Source: Mustelus asterias
Lineage: Eukaryota
DNA length: 64,000 nucleotides
Assembly (NCBI RefSeq): GCF_964213995.1
Contig: NC_135817.1
Location: 38,750,001-38,814,000 of the forward strand
Direction: 5' to 3'
Positions 36,501 through 51,500 of this stretch are shown in pieces. Below the pieces are notes generated by a model. It worked only from the letters and a program-made list of their open reading frames with translations, searched no databases and had not been told where the DNA came from. The first letter of the stretch is position 1; each line of letters starts with the position of its first letter. A program made the position numbers and the translations under genes.

Positions 36501-39500
36501 ACAATAGCTCAAGAGCTGTGACAAAAACTGAACCAGGTGGCTTGAGTCATTAGAACCCTGGCGCTTTCCAAATTTGATCCAGACCCTGATTAGCCTGCAA
36601 GCTGTACAGTAAACTTGTATTCAATGTCAGTGAGGAAATGAAAGACATTAAGAAGAATACGGAAACAGATAAGACAGTAAGAAGGGGTAATGTCACATGA
36701 AAAGCATGGAAAATTCAGCATTAGGAGGCCACACAATCCCATATTTTCTTCTGGTCAAATTGAATCAGGCAGGCTTGAAAATCTTTTGCACATAACTACT
36801 AAGAGTATCAAAACTAAACTTAAAATATTCACAAAAGTAGAATTTTGTTGTACATTGATTGTATACTCCCCCACCACCGTCCCAGAAGGAACACAGTTCT
36901 ATTTGTTTGAGCTTAAGTGGCGAAGAGTAAAGCTTACCAGACCTACCACTGTAAGCTTTCCATTGCTTGTTGAGCTAGCATATTAAGTTGCAGAGTCATA
37001 TGAAACTGAATGGTAAGAATTACAGCTCCTAATGATAAATCTCAGGGATATGCCAGGCTAGCCAATTAACCTATAGCACCGTGCTCATATCTGGTACTAG
37101 ATTATGGAGTCTGCTACAAAGGATGAACTCTTATTCCATCATGTGTGTCACCTTGGACTCGACTCAACTTCCAAGATTCAGTTTACCTCCTCAATTCCCT
37201 CATTCACAGCAAAAAAAGGGGGTCGATGGATATTTAACAACAAAGAAAGGGGAACCTCAGAAGCAAAAAGGTTGAGAATTCCAGTGTATTTTACAGTGGC
37301 TGACATCATAGCCGAGCTTGATTCTGTCCTTCATGCAATGGCAACAAATTTGATCACCAGCAGAAAGTCTGGTTGACTTCCATAGTCCTGGAATGTCCTG
37401 GCCAATTGCAAAACTCTTACTGCCAATCCATTTGAAATCAGTTAACTTAATACAGACAGGAGATCAATTGCAGTGATCAGTAACATGTACAAATTAGCAC
37501 TTCCAGATAAAACACTAATGTTTAGAGGGGTGCTGCAATTATATATTCTCAGTTTAAGGAAAGAATCTTTTTCAAGTGAATTAGAAAATAGCAAGAAAAC
37601 AATTTCAATATTTGCATACTTGTTTGTAATTACATATTTGATCCAGAAACCATCACAAATAATTCAATGTTTTAACAAACAAGGTAGATAAAACACTTAC
37701 CAATTAGCCTTGGTTCAGAGATAAAGTCTCGGATGGGTACTGGAATTTTTTTTACAATATATTCGCACACTACTTCAATGTTATATTTTAACTGTGCTGA
37801 AATTGGAATAATTGGTGCTCCTTCTGCAACTGTACCTGCATATCAAGACATGAAAAGGCATTAAAAGTTATAAATCCAAAGAAAACACAGTAACAAAGCA
37901 AACTTTACAGTCCAGCAAACATCGCTGGTGGGAAAACTTGAAAAATTGAAACTGAAAGAATGAAAATGTTGAAAATCCAAAAAATGACATTTAATGAAGC
38001 ATGGGCTTGGATTTGTTAATGGCAAACCATTTTTTATTGCCCAATGCTGCAATCTAAGCTTTAGTAATTTAAGATATGTACCTTAATGAAATTACAATAT
38101 TGTCCTTCAGCAATACTTAAGTTTAAAGAAATCATCAGCTTCCACAATTTACACCCCACTTCTGCTAACAGAGTTCCAAGTGTCAGACTCTGAAAATATT
38201 CCACCCACCCCCGAATTGCAGTACCTCAATATGTTCAAATTATTAACTGAACAAACCTATGATCAGTTAAATTAATTATGTGTGCTACTTATCGTACTGA
38301 CGCTTGCCTGCAGAATGATTTCCTCTCTAAACACGTCATCTGGTTTATGGTTCCTACTTTTCAAAAACATAGCCCTTTCAGTGATTTGTTTTGTACCCAT
38401 TATAAGGATCATGCTCGAGTCAATTATCACCATTTGAAGAGAAACAGGGGAGTTTGCCTGGTACATTCCTAGATGGTGTTGTTTATATGGACTTTCAAGA
38501 TGCATTTGACAAAACACCACATCATAGGCTTATTAGCAAAATTAACGCCCGTGAAACTAAATAGTGGCAGCACGGAAACAAAACTGGCCAAAGGAAATAA
38601 AGTACATTGTAGTGGTGAATAATTGTTCATTAGACAGGCAGGAAGCATACAGGGTTTTTCAGGGTTATTAGGACCACTGTTCTTTTTGATAAATATTAAT
38701 GATCTGGACTCATGTGTATATAGTTTCAAAGTTTGCAGAAACATATTAAACAATGAGAATGATGGTAAGGCTTCAGGAGAACACAACTTGTAAAATTTGC
38801 ACACACAGTTGAAATACTGCTCCTGAATCTTCCTACCAAAAATGGTAATTAAATGATGGCAGGACAAGTTGAGAAGGCTGTTAAAAAAGTACAAGATCAT
38901 TTCCTTTAATAATAGAAGTAAGGATGTTAAGGCAAACACAGATTGGACCTCAGCTGGACTAAGGTGTTCAATTATGGGCACTACACTTTAGGAACGATGT
39001 CAAGGTAGAAGAGATTTTACAAGAGTGCTACTAAAGATGAGGGTCTTTAGTTATGTGGAGCAGCTAGTGTTTTCTTCCTTAGAGCAGAGAAGGCCAAGTG
39101 GAGATTTGATAGGTGTTAAAATCAAGAATGGTTTTGATCGTGTGAATAAGGAAACTGTTTCTAATGGCAGCAGATTCATTAAGCAAAGGATATAAATTTA
39201 AAGTGACGTGCCAAACAATCAGAGGTAACTCAGTTAATTGCAGTCTGAAATTCACTGTCTGGTGAGATTCTACAGTGTACTCCGAAGAAAGTTGGATAAA
39301 TACTTGAATCAAAAAACTGACAAGGCTACAGGGGAAGAGGAAGTGTGATTAACTGAATAGTTCAAACAAACAGCAGACACAGGCCTACTATGTCAAATAT
39401 CTCCTTCTGCTATATCATTCTACAATTCATGAAATCAAACAAGTAAAAATTGTTAAAGAAGTTTCATTTAGAGAAAACTTACCCTGAACAAAAGCAAGTA

Positions 39501-42500
39501 TCTGTTCGTATTGTTCTTTTGCTTGACTTTCCTTTACAAGGTCAATCTTGTTCTGCAGAATCAGAATGTGTTTCAATTTCATGATTTCAATAGCAGCCAG
39601 ATGCTCGGAGGTTTGAGGTTGAGGGCAAGATTCATTACCAGCTGACGGAAAGAGAAAGAAGCATTAACAATAGTACGAATGTTGACAATTCCTAGCCCTT
39701 GATACTTTATTGTTCCACTTCAATATTTACTGGATTAAAATTTAAACTGGAGAAAAGTAGTTGGGGAAAAAATAAACTAGGCACATGACATAATCAAACT
39801 GAAATATTATATATCAGCTTATCAAAGAAGCGCTACATTTATAGATTAATGAGGCCGAAAAGAAGCACATGTATGCAAAGATATAATTTCAAATACCTCC
39901 AACACTTAACCTGATCAGCATTACCCCAGCTAGTGAATTAAATGCCCTCATAACTCCGTAAAGGTCACTGTAAATTAGTTTGATCCTTTGTTGCTTGCTA
40001 TTCATATGTATGGAGTGCTGGGAGTGGGAAACCTAGCTAACTTATTCTCTTCCTTAGCCAAGGATGCTGAAGCTAACTGTAGTGCCTGCACCACTGCACT
40101 GGCTAATTACCAAACACAACATAGCCCAGGATCATAGGACTTTTTAGGATCCTCAAGATTCAACAGCTACTAGACAAAACATCTTGTCACTAAGCCACCA
40201 GAAGAACTCTGTAAAAATTAAATCGAAAGTGAGCAAATATTTTATAATTTTCAAAAATTAGACGTCACCATGTCTCAGAGCTTGGCCCACTACCAATAAT
40301 CATGTTTGGAAATCCTTTGACAGCCACCTCCTCAAATTAAACTCACCCACCTGGCCATTATTAGACCAATCCTGACACACTGAAGGGACGCACATTCTCT
40401 CTCCACTAAACAAGGCATTCTGGTCTTCAAGACAATTTAGAAAAGAACACCTGGGCGGCACGGTGACACAGTGGTTAGCACTGCTGCCTCACAACGCCAG
40501 GGACCCGGGTTCATTTCTGGCCTCAGGTGTCTGTGTGGAGTTTGCACATTTTCCCCATGTCTGCATGGGTTTCCTCTGGGTGCTACCGTTTCCTCCCACA
40601 GTCAAAAGATGTGCAGGTTCGGTGGATTGGCCATGCTATATTGCCCCTTAGTGTCATGGGATCAGGGGTGTAAATACGTGGGGTTACAGGTATAGAGCCT
40701 GGGTAGGATTGGTGTCAGTACAGACTCAATGGACCGAATGGCCTCTATCTGAACTGTAGGGATTCTCACTCTGGCCTCTTCACAAGAATTATTCTATTAT
40801 TCATAAATAAATAGAAACTGCTATCTAATCAGTTTAAGTGCATTTGCCAAAAGAAGAGTGCTGTCGCCTGATAGATTGATATAATGATCATCGAATTACA
40901 GCTTCTGTTCTCTAACTTTGTGGATTAAAAACATTAGCATTCTTCAGCATCGCATATAGTTTTAACTCAGTTATCCAACACAGTTTTTAGGAGCGTAAAC
41001 CCAAATCTTCTCCACTCCTGACAATTTACACAATCAAAATAAAGGTATGGAGCTGGATTGAGATTGGTGAAGTATGCTAAGGCAGCGTTTTTCAGGATTG
41101 CTTAAATAGTAAGGATCTGTCCACGGAAACTGCATTCAGAGTAGAATGCAGAAGAAATGATCATAACACCAAGAACATTCGACAGGTGATAACTACTGTC
41201 ACTGTCCCAATTACCTATTAATAACAAAGCTGCATCCATGACAGCAGCTCCGTTCAACATAGTAGCCATCAAGATGTCATGCCCTGGGCAATCCACAAAA
41301 GACACATGCCTATAATAGAGGGAAACAAAATTTAAAAATCCCATAATTTAGTACAGACTTTTCTCCCCTACATCATCCCATTGAAAAGTAAAAAATGGAC
41401 AAGAGTATTCTTACATGTGTTACCGTTTGACTAGAGAGACAAATGAAAAATCTGAAAGAAAACCACAAGCATTGCCTCATAAGTTATCATATTTAAAAAT
41501 CACATCACTGCAACTCGGATGAAAGTGACAAAATCCACAAGATGTTTGGTAAATTTCAAAGGAGTAATAAATAACTTGGAACTATGAGCAAGATATTGTC
41601 AAGTTTCTTTTTAGATCAACATCACAAACAGTAACTTGTTCATGAACATTATCTTTAATGTCGAAAAATGGCCCTGGGTGTGATCTGACAAAAATGTTTT
41701 TTTATTTGTTTGTAGAATGTGGGTGCCATTGGCAAGATCAACATTTATTACCAATCCCTAATCGTACTTGAGAAGGTGATGGTCAGCAGCCTTTTTGAAG
41801 CACTGCGGTATATCACTCCACAGTGTTCTTAGAGAGTTCCAGGATTTTGACCCAGTGACAATGAAGGAACAGCAATAGATTTTCAAATGAGGATGATGTT
41901 TGGCTTGGAGGGGAATTTGCTGGGAGGGGTTTGGCTTGGAGGGGAATTTGCAGGTAGTGTTCCCATGTGCCTGCTGGCTGACCTTGTTAGTGGTAGAGAT
42001 CACAGGTTTGAAAGGTGCTTTCGAAGGAGCCTTATTTAGTTGTTCCAGTGCATCTTGTAGATGGTACACACTGCTGTCTCTGTGCGCCTGTGGTGAAATG
42101 AGTGAATGTTTAAGGTGGCAAACAGGGTACAAAAAGTGCAGGGTGGTGTTGCCTGTGTGTCATCGGAGCACTCATCCAGACAACTGGCGAGTGTTCCATC
42201 ACGTTCTTTACTCGTGCCTTCAAACGGCGAACAGGATTTGGGGAGTCAGGTGGTGAGTTATTTCTGCTGAATTCCCAGCTTGGACCTGCTCTTAGAGCCA
42301 TATTATCGATACAGATGATCCAGTTACCTTTCTGGTCAATGGTGACCGGCAGAATTGTGATGCTGGGCGATTCAGCGAGGGTAATGGCAATGAAAATCAA
42401 GGAGAGATGGCTAGATTTTCTCTTTTGGAGATGGTCACTGCCTGGCACTTGTGCGGCACAAATGTTAGCAGCCACTTATCAATCCAATCCTGAATGGTGA

Positions 42501-45500
42501 CCAGGTTTTATGTATTCGGGCATAGACAACTTGATTTAAAGAAATATTAGATAGGGTGATCAAACACCTGGTTCAAGAGCTGGATTTGAAGGAAGGTCTT
42601 AAACCGGAATAGGGAAGACAGAAAAAGGGAGTGCTGGGGAGGGAAGTTTTGGGAGGAAAATTCCAGAACAAAGACTAGATGTCTGAATGTGAAGCAAGGC
42701 AAAGTGAGGCCAGAATTAGCAGAGGGGGCAGTGCGCAGCAGAGAGATTCTAAGGTTGCAAGAGGTCACAGATGTCACAAGAGGTCATCATGAGATTAAAT
42801 AAGGAAATTAATTTTTTTTAAAAATTGCAGCACCGGGGGACTAGGAACGAAAGTAGGACAACAATAATAGGACTAATGTATGAATGAGACTTGGGACAGT
42901 ACTGTATTGGATATAGATATATAGGTGAAAAATGAGAATGAGGCCAAAACAGAGTTGGAAAGTTGAGTTTGAGGTGGGGATTCGATGCAATGGATCCAGT
43001 CAGGGCAAGAATCCATTGTGGAAAGGACCGGAAGGAGTGGAATTAAGTAAAACTAGTCTAATTGAACTCAGCAATAGAGCAAATACATTGTGATGTGCTA
43101 AAGGCTACAGAGGGTGAGGCAGGTGAGAGAATACACCTTGGAGAAAGTGATGGTCATTTGTGATGAGGTCTGCTTCAGTGATGAGCACAGAAACCTGATT
43201 CAAATATGGAGTTGCAAGGAAGATCATACAATGATACAACAGACTATTTGAGCCATCATGTCTCTTCAGCACTTTTGTAGAGCTATCCAATCAAACCCAT
43301 TTCGCCCGCTCTTTCTACATAGCCCTGTAATCTTTTCCCTTAAGTATTAACCCAATTTTTTTTTTTTGAGTGTTACTACTGCATCTGGTTTCACCGCCCT
43401 TTCAGATACTGCATTCCAGAACAACTTGCTCTGTCAAAAAAACTTGTTTCCTCTTGTCTTGGCTAGTTCTTTTGTTAATCACTTTAAATCAGTGTCCTCT
43501 GACTCCCAACCCTTCTTCACTGGAAACAGTTTCTTTTTATTTACTCTATCAAAACCATTCATGATCTTGAACATTTCTATCAAATCTCCAGTTAGTGGCC
43601 ATTAACATTTGAAAAGAAATCTGTACATCCAATCCACGGTGGCACAATGATTAGCACTGCTGCCTCACAGTGCCAGGGACCCAGGCTTGAATCCCACCTT
43701 GCGTCAGTCTGTATGGAGTCTGCACGTTCTCCCCGCGTCTGCGTGAGTTTCCTCCAGTTGCTCCGGTTTCCTCCCACAGTCCAAAAGACGGGCTAGTTAG
43801 GTGCATTGGCCATGCTAAATTCTCCCTCAAGTTACCCGAACAGGCGCCGCAGTGTGGCGACTAGGGGATTTTCACAGTAATGTCATTGCAGTGTTAATAT
43901 AAGCCTACCTGTGACGCTAATAAACAATGGAACACTACTCTGAAGAATCACATGGACTCAAGACATTAACTCGGTTTCATTCTCCACAGATGCGGTCAAA
44001 TCTGCTGGGTTTTTCCAGCATTTTCTTTTTTTATTTCAGATTTCCAGAATCTGCAGTATTTTGCTTTTGTTCACCGCTACTCCTTAGTTTCTGTCCCTTC
44101 ACTACTTTTGCATCCATGCTTCCAGGAACATTGACAACAAGTCTATTAGTACAAGGTCTTTTGCAAGTTCACATACACAAGATCAACTGGCACTACTCCC
44201 CATCAACCTTTACTGTTCTTTCAAATAACTTGCTTATATCAAACAAACATAATTTGTCTTTGACAAATCTGTGCTGACTTTTAATTATTCGGCCATACAT
44301 TTCTAAATGCCAATCAATTTTGTTCTAGATTACTGTCTCAAAGATACACACGGATTTACAAGGTGATAAGCTCACGGCCTTAGGAGAGGAAACTTTATGC
44401 AATCAATGATCATCTTTTTGAGCAGCTAATGACAGGTGTTTTGAAAGGGAAGGGTCAGTACCCAAAACTAGAAAACCATTTACAATGTCACAGATCTAAT
44501 TGGACATTTGCAATAATTAGGAAAGCAAACATAGCACAGATAATAAGCAAAGCTTTTACTTATTAATAAATAACTTGTTTTTTAAAAAAAGAGCTATTAA
44601 AAGGAGCCAGTTCTAAAAATAAAATGCAATCAAATTGTGTATACTCATTTAACATTGCAAACTAGCAATATGTTACCAGAAAATTCCAAAAGCCTGCTGG
44701 AAAAGAGGCACACTGCCTGAACAAAGTGGAAGCCTTTGTGGGTCACCTCAGAGAGCTGCAACAGCCAGTAAAAACTGCTGCAAAACTTTACCAGATGTAG
44801 TCAATGGAAACCAAGTAATTGAAGACAGAGTCCAAAACAGTTCTCATTAGTGTGCAGGTGCTAGTGCTAAATCTTATCTATGACTTGCATTTAGTTTGCA
44901 CCAACCTGACTAGCTTGAAATTTCCTTTGGTTCCAGGAATATCTGAAGGGAATTCATCTGGTGTGCTGCTACCACACGACCTGTAACAGTCAGGCCTTGG
45001 ACAAGTAGGGTCATCAAGTTTATAAACCTAAAACAAAATTAGAACTAAATGAGTACAGAAAAAGTTTGAAATTTTATAAAAGTCAACAACCATTAAAGCT
45101 AAGGACTAGATTTTGTAACTGAAATAAATGCCAGCAAATTATTGGCCTAATTCACGGAAGCTAGGCTATCTTTCATAAAATTAAATCATTTAAGACTAAT
45201 TTATCAACTGTGCGTGTTCTATCAATTATTTGCACTTTGAATGACAAGGGTGAACATGTCGAGGCTTCAAGTCACCCAGATTGCCAAACTCAAGAGAACA
45301 GTAGTTTTTCCACAATAACTGCTATTAGGCAATTTAGAGCTTCATAAAACACAGAATACCTGCAAATGATTTCTTAAAGTTACTTAATTACTTAAGAACT
45401 TCGGGAAATACAAAAATATGTGCCATTATCTTGATAATGTTATACTGAGGTGCAGCACAAAAAGTGTAATTGAAAAAAAAATACAGTTTTAAACAAACAT

Positions 45501-48500
45501 GGTGATTTAACTGAACATGAATTACAAAGTGAGAAATATTATGCACTGCTCTTCATTTCTTTTACCTTTGCATTGGCATATCCCAGCTTGATAGTAATAT
45601 TTCTTTCCAGTTCATTTTTAAATCGGACAGTCTGAACACCAGAAATTGCTTTAACTACAGTGGACTTTCCATGGGCTACGTGACCAATTGTGCCTAAGGG
45701 AAAACAATTTGTTGGAACACAAGTTAAGCTACTGTATGGCTTATGTACACAATTAACTTCAAAATCTGAACTCAAGCTTAGTCAAAAATAATAAAATCCC
45801 CATTTAGTTTATTAACTGAGTCGTCAAAAATGCAATCCAGTCATTGATCTCTTCGCCTCTTATTTACTGTGCCCATTTTCCTAAGCTACTGTAAAGTTCC
45901 ATGAGATTTTTAACATAAAAGGTTCTTTATAACTTTAAGTTGCCAAATTTCAGATACCACAAAACTTTAAAATCTGTCCATTCAAACCCCCTTGTTGATC
46001 AGAGCACGTTTCTTTTGGCAGGCAGGACAGGGTACTCATGTCATTCTGTCCCATCTGAGTAATATTCAGGTTGCCCATTAAATTGGCCTAGGAATTGAAC
46101 AAAGAGTGAAGAGCAATCTGACAGCTAGTCTTGTAGATAACCAGCTCAACACAACAATGCACATCATCTCAGGTACCCTCTGATTAACTCTACTCCCTGG
46201 CTCCTGGTCCTGGGCAAAATCTCACCCCCTCACATGAGGAGGGCGATTGCAACAGGAAAGCTCCCAAGCCGACTCAATCTTTCCTAAGTCAGTCCCGCCA
46301 TCCCAGGAATCATTCGCTGCACTCCCTCTTTAGCAAGAACATCCTTCTCAGATAAGGAGATCAAAACTGCACTCAATATCCCAGATGTAGCCTCACCAAA
46401 GCCCTGTATAATTAGAACAAAACATCCCTGCTCCTGTACACAAATCTTCTCGCTATGAAGGCCAACATACCATTTGCGTTCTTTACCACCTGCATGCTTG
46501 CCTTTAGCAACGGGTATACAAGGACATCCAGGTCTCGGTGCACATTCCCCTTGCTCAATTTATAGCCATTCAGATAATAATCTTCCTATTTTTGCTACCA
46601 AATTGGATAACATCACATTTATCCACATTAAAATGCATCTGCCATACATTCACCCACTCTTCAGCTTGCCCAAATCACACTGAAGCATCTCTGTATTTTT
46701 CTCACAGCTCACCCTCCCACCCAGCTTAGTGTCATCTACAAATTTGGAGATATTGCATTTGTTCTCTCATCTAAATCATTCACATATGTTGTGAATAGCT
46801 GGGGTCTTAGCACTGATCCCCATGGTATCCCAGTAGTCACTGCTTACCATTTGGGAAAAGATCTGTTTATTCCTACTCCTCGTTTCCTGTCTGCCAACCA
46901 GTTTTCTATCCAACTCAATCTACTACCCCCAATCATGGTGTTTTAATTTTAAGTGGAGCTTAGAGCCTTCTCAAAGTCCAAATAAACCACATCCACTGGC
47001 TCCCCCTCATCAACTCTACTCGCTACATCCTCAAAGAATTCCTGTAGATTTGTCGAGCATGACTTCCCTTTCATAAATCCATGTTGAATCTGTCCAACTC
47101 TGCCAATGTTTTCCAGGTGCTTTACTATAAAATTCTTGATAATGGACTCCAGAATTTTCCCGACTATCAATGTTAGGCTGACTGGCCTATAATTTCTCCA
47201 TTTCTCTCTACCTCCCTTTTTAAATAGTGGGGTTACATTAGCTACCCTCTAATCTGTAGAAACCATTCCGGAGTCTATAGAATCTTGGAAGATGACCACC
47301 AATGCATCTAGTATTTCTAGGGCCACTTCATTCAGTACTCCCGGATATAGATTATCTGGCCCTCGGGATTTATCAGCCTTCAATTTTCCCATTTCTCTAC
47401 GAATAACTGATTTCCTTCAGTTCTTCCCTTTTACCAAACCCTGTGTTCCCCAACATTTTTGGTATATTGTGTCCTCCTTTGTGAAGACCAAAGTATGTAT
47501 TTAGTTAGTCAGCTGTTTCTTTGCTCCCTATTATAAATTTGTTTCTGACAGTAAGGGACCTATATTTGTCTTCACCAATCTTTTTCTCTTCAACTACCGA
47601 TAGAAACTCTAAGTTTTTATGTTCTCCGCAACCTTACTCTATTTGTCCATTTTTAATCTCTTGATCCTCCTTTGCTGAATTCTAAACTGCTCCCAATCCT
47701 CAGTTCTGTTGTTTTTTTCTGGTTAATTTATATGCCTCTTCCTTGGATCTAATACTCTCTCTCTAATTTCCCTTGCAAACCATGGATAGTTCACCTTTCC
47801 TGCTTTACTTTTGCGCCAGGCAGCAAAAAACAATTGTTGCAGTTCACCCATGTACTCTTTGATCATTCAGGTCCCAGTCTTTGTCAACCTGCTGCTTTAA
47901 TTATAATCCCATTGAATTGTAAAACCAATTTGGGCTTTTCCACTGACGAGATTTTGCATTGATTAAAATGGCCAACTTGGAAGCCAACTTCCACTGACTT
48001 TCTTCAACATTTAAGGTGCTTACAACTGAATAGATATTTGCCGTTCACAGTTATGAATGGTACAAGGCCCAAGCAAAGTGAAGTGATTTCTCTGGAAAAA
48101 TATTTAGTGTTATAATTATCATTTCAGGTTGTCTACTGCAATCACATACAATTTATAGATGAGTAAATAATACTCAAGGTAAATTTTCAACCAAAATAAG
48201 AAATAGTGGTAAGACTTAATTTTGTTTTGACCTATTTCAAGGGATCTCTTACTGAAACATGTATAGTGGTATGTGCCCTTGTACTTTAACTGGACACATT
48301 TAAAATGTCTTCATTGAAATTAGTACATAATTTGCCAAAAGAGTTCTGAAGTTGTCAAATGTGTTCAAGTGTTCCGCAGATTGAAAAGATCAAATTCCAC
48401 TGGTTGAAATGAAATTTGGTACAGATTCGGTACAGATTCACAGCATAATACTTTCAAATTTTCCATCTTAATTAGTGCACACAAAAATTTGTGGAAAATG

Positions 48501-51500
48501 GAAATAATCATTAACTATATAATCTAACTATATAATTTTACAGGCACATTCTCTGTGGCAACGCCTCTACTAGATTCTACTTGCCAACCAATCAGCATTC
48601 TCTTCTCATACAGTATGAATTTGTTGTTGCCCCTGAACTTTCCTAATGAACTGTCCTGATGAGTGCAAAATAAAAAGCTTGAACAAAAAGTCACTTTTTT
48701 AGCAATACTAAAGTTCTGTATTACCAAATGACTATTTATATAATTAACATAGCTGGTGAAAAATGTCTTTTGAAATTTTCCAGGTACAACTTCCAACATA
48801 AGTCCACTCCACATAATACTTTTCAACACAATCTGCAGAATCTTGTTTTATATTTAAAGTACAGCAAACAGGAACTTAAAGACTTGTGATTAGGCAAATC
48901 AGATTTTTAAAAAAACATATTTATCATAAAGTTCAGCTTTATAAATTCAATTAACAATTAATAGAGTACTTCTTCCTCAAGATCTAACACATTCTGCTCA
49001 AAACAGGCATTATCTCCAGTAGAAAATGAACATTTAGGTAATCAAGAATGAGTCAAAATTATTTAATAACTCACCTATATTGATGGTAGCTTGCCTGCTG
49101 ATAACTTCAGGAGAAAGGGGTGTTAATTTGGTAACATCCTGTAAAATAGAAGCTTTGGATCATAAACCATTAAACAATTCATGATTTTGCTTTTAGACAG
49201 ATATGTTCATTATTCTGCCATTCACACTCACTCTGGATAAAGGCTTTTTTTTCTTCACTATGATTTTTCTTCTTCACTCTCTACCTTTTGTTCCATGGCA
49301 CGTTATTTAATTTCTCCCACCCTCTATGCCAGACCTTCACTTGTGTTCTTCCACCACCCTCCCAACTTTCAATGGCATAAAACCCACCACATTCCTACTT
49401 TTCTTCAGTTCTGAAGAATCATATTTGACTTGAGGTGTTAACTCTCTCCACAGATGCAGCCAGACTAGTTGTGTATTTCAGCACTTTCCATTTTATGTCT
49501 TATTAGGCAACATTAGTAAAACACAGAGGGATTGTACATTACCCTCTGTCTTCCTCAAGTAAACTTAGACAAATAGAAATCCCAATTTGGGATTCTAACT
49601 TTATAGCTGAGCGCTTCAGTTTGGCTGTTACCAAGTTTGATGATATTTCTTATTTATTCTTCCCATCTAAGCACCTAACAATTGGCAGCCAGCACATTTC
49701 CTACTACCTTTCATCCTTCCAAACTTATTTTTTCTTCCTCAGTGTATATAAGCATTTTCTGCAAATCACCAATGTTTCAATTTGTCCACAACAGTTAAAT
49801 GCAGATTATAAATTCAAGTCATATTTTGACAATGAATATGAATATTCAAAAACCAACACGTTAGCTGCCACTTTCTAAACATTTATGGATGGCACATTCA
49901 TGTGAATGTGATTTGCCCATTGAATGCAGTGACTGATAGAAATCAGGAAATTACTTACACATTTCATTTATCACAGGATTTTTCTGGAAATTGACTAACT
50001 CCGTTTATTTGTCCTCAAAATGATCAGAGCACATAAAGTGCTATAATTGGCAACTTTCAAATGGCACTTTCTTCTGGGTCTCCCACTTTTCCAAACAATT
50101 ATCCCCAAATTCTCTGTTAAACATGTAGAGGGTGCTCAGAGAGAGAGCAAGCTCAAAGAACAGTACCAATCTGGCTATTGGGCATATTGCAGCATCTAAC
50201 CCAAATAATTATTTGGGCCTTAATGTCAGTCGATTTGTTTTATTTGACTGCAGGCAATGGTAAAGTAGAATAACGGCTCTTCCTCCAGAAGAGCAGAAGA
50301 AGTGGATTGGTACTTAGGCTGAAAATTCTCCCCACTGATACACCATTGGCAATGTGATCCACAACCCTGGTGCTAACCTGCTTATTTTTACCACCAGTCT
50401 CCTAGAATCTGCTCTGTTTTTGTCAGGTTTTCATGCTCCCCCTCGCCAACCATAGGTCTCACCACTTAAAATGGACAGTACCTTTGTCGGCTAAGATATG
50501 GTAATCATTAGCCATTAACATTAATTTGAATGTTGCCAACTATAGGACAAATAAGCTGAGTTAGTCAGTTTCCAGAAAATTCCTGTGATAAATGAATTGT
50601 TGACTAAGTAATTTCCTGATTTCTATCAGTCACTGCATTCAATGGGCAAATCATATTCACATGAATGTGCCGTCCATAAATGTTTAGAAACCTATCATAT
50701 ATTCTCTGGTCTCATTATACTTTTTCATTTTCTCATTGTGTCTTCTTTTGTCTGATACGATGATCATTTATCAATTAATCGTCACCAGTTCTCCTCACCG
50801 TTTTACAGCTCATCCTACTCCTTTTTCTCCTCCCCTTTTCTATCAATCTTCCCTTTTATAAATTGTTCATATGTAAAATCTTCCAGTTCTGATGAATGGA
50901 AATACCTGAAATGCCAACATTTTCTGTTTTTGTTTCAGCTTGTGATTATTGTTGCCTCTGTAAAGGATGCTGAAGTTAAAGTTGCTAAGTGAAAGAAAGT
51001 TGTTAACTTGAGCATACAGATGCAGAGAATTATTCTATACTTCCTACACCCCACCCCAGGCTGACCTGTCAATATGAGGACCAGATTAAGGCAGCAGCAA
51101 ATGTCACTTTGTAAACATCTCACTGGACCCGAAAGTTAAAAGCATCATATATTCAAGAATGCAGCCATCCATGTCTCTACATCCAGATGAAAGATGAGAT
51201 TGACATTCTGATACTCCATAGTGAGCCTCATATTTCCTGGGAAAGTAGCTTGTTTTGCTGCGAAAAATGTGGAGCAGTATTTTTTTTAGGTGGCAAGTAT
51301 TTATTCAGTGAATAAGAGGGATTGCTGTATATAAAACAATCCATTAAGAATAAGAAAGAAGCTGATGGAAGGACGAGATGAGCCTCATCCCTTGTTTTCA
51401 AACCTCGCCAGGTCTTGCACAACTACGTAAGGTTGAAGATCACTGAAGTTGTGCATGCAACATCTTTATTTTGTTATCTACTCCTGTGCTCCTTCACTGT

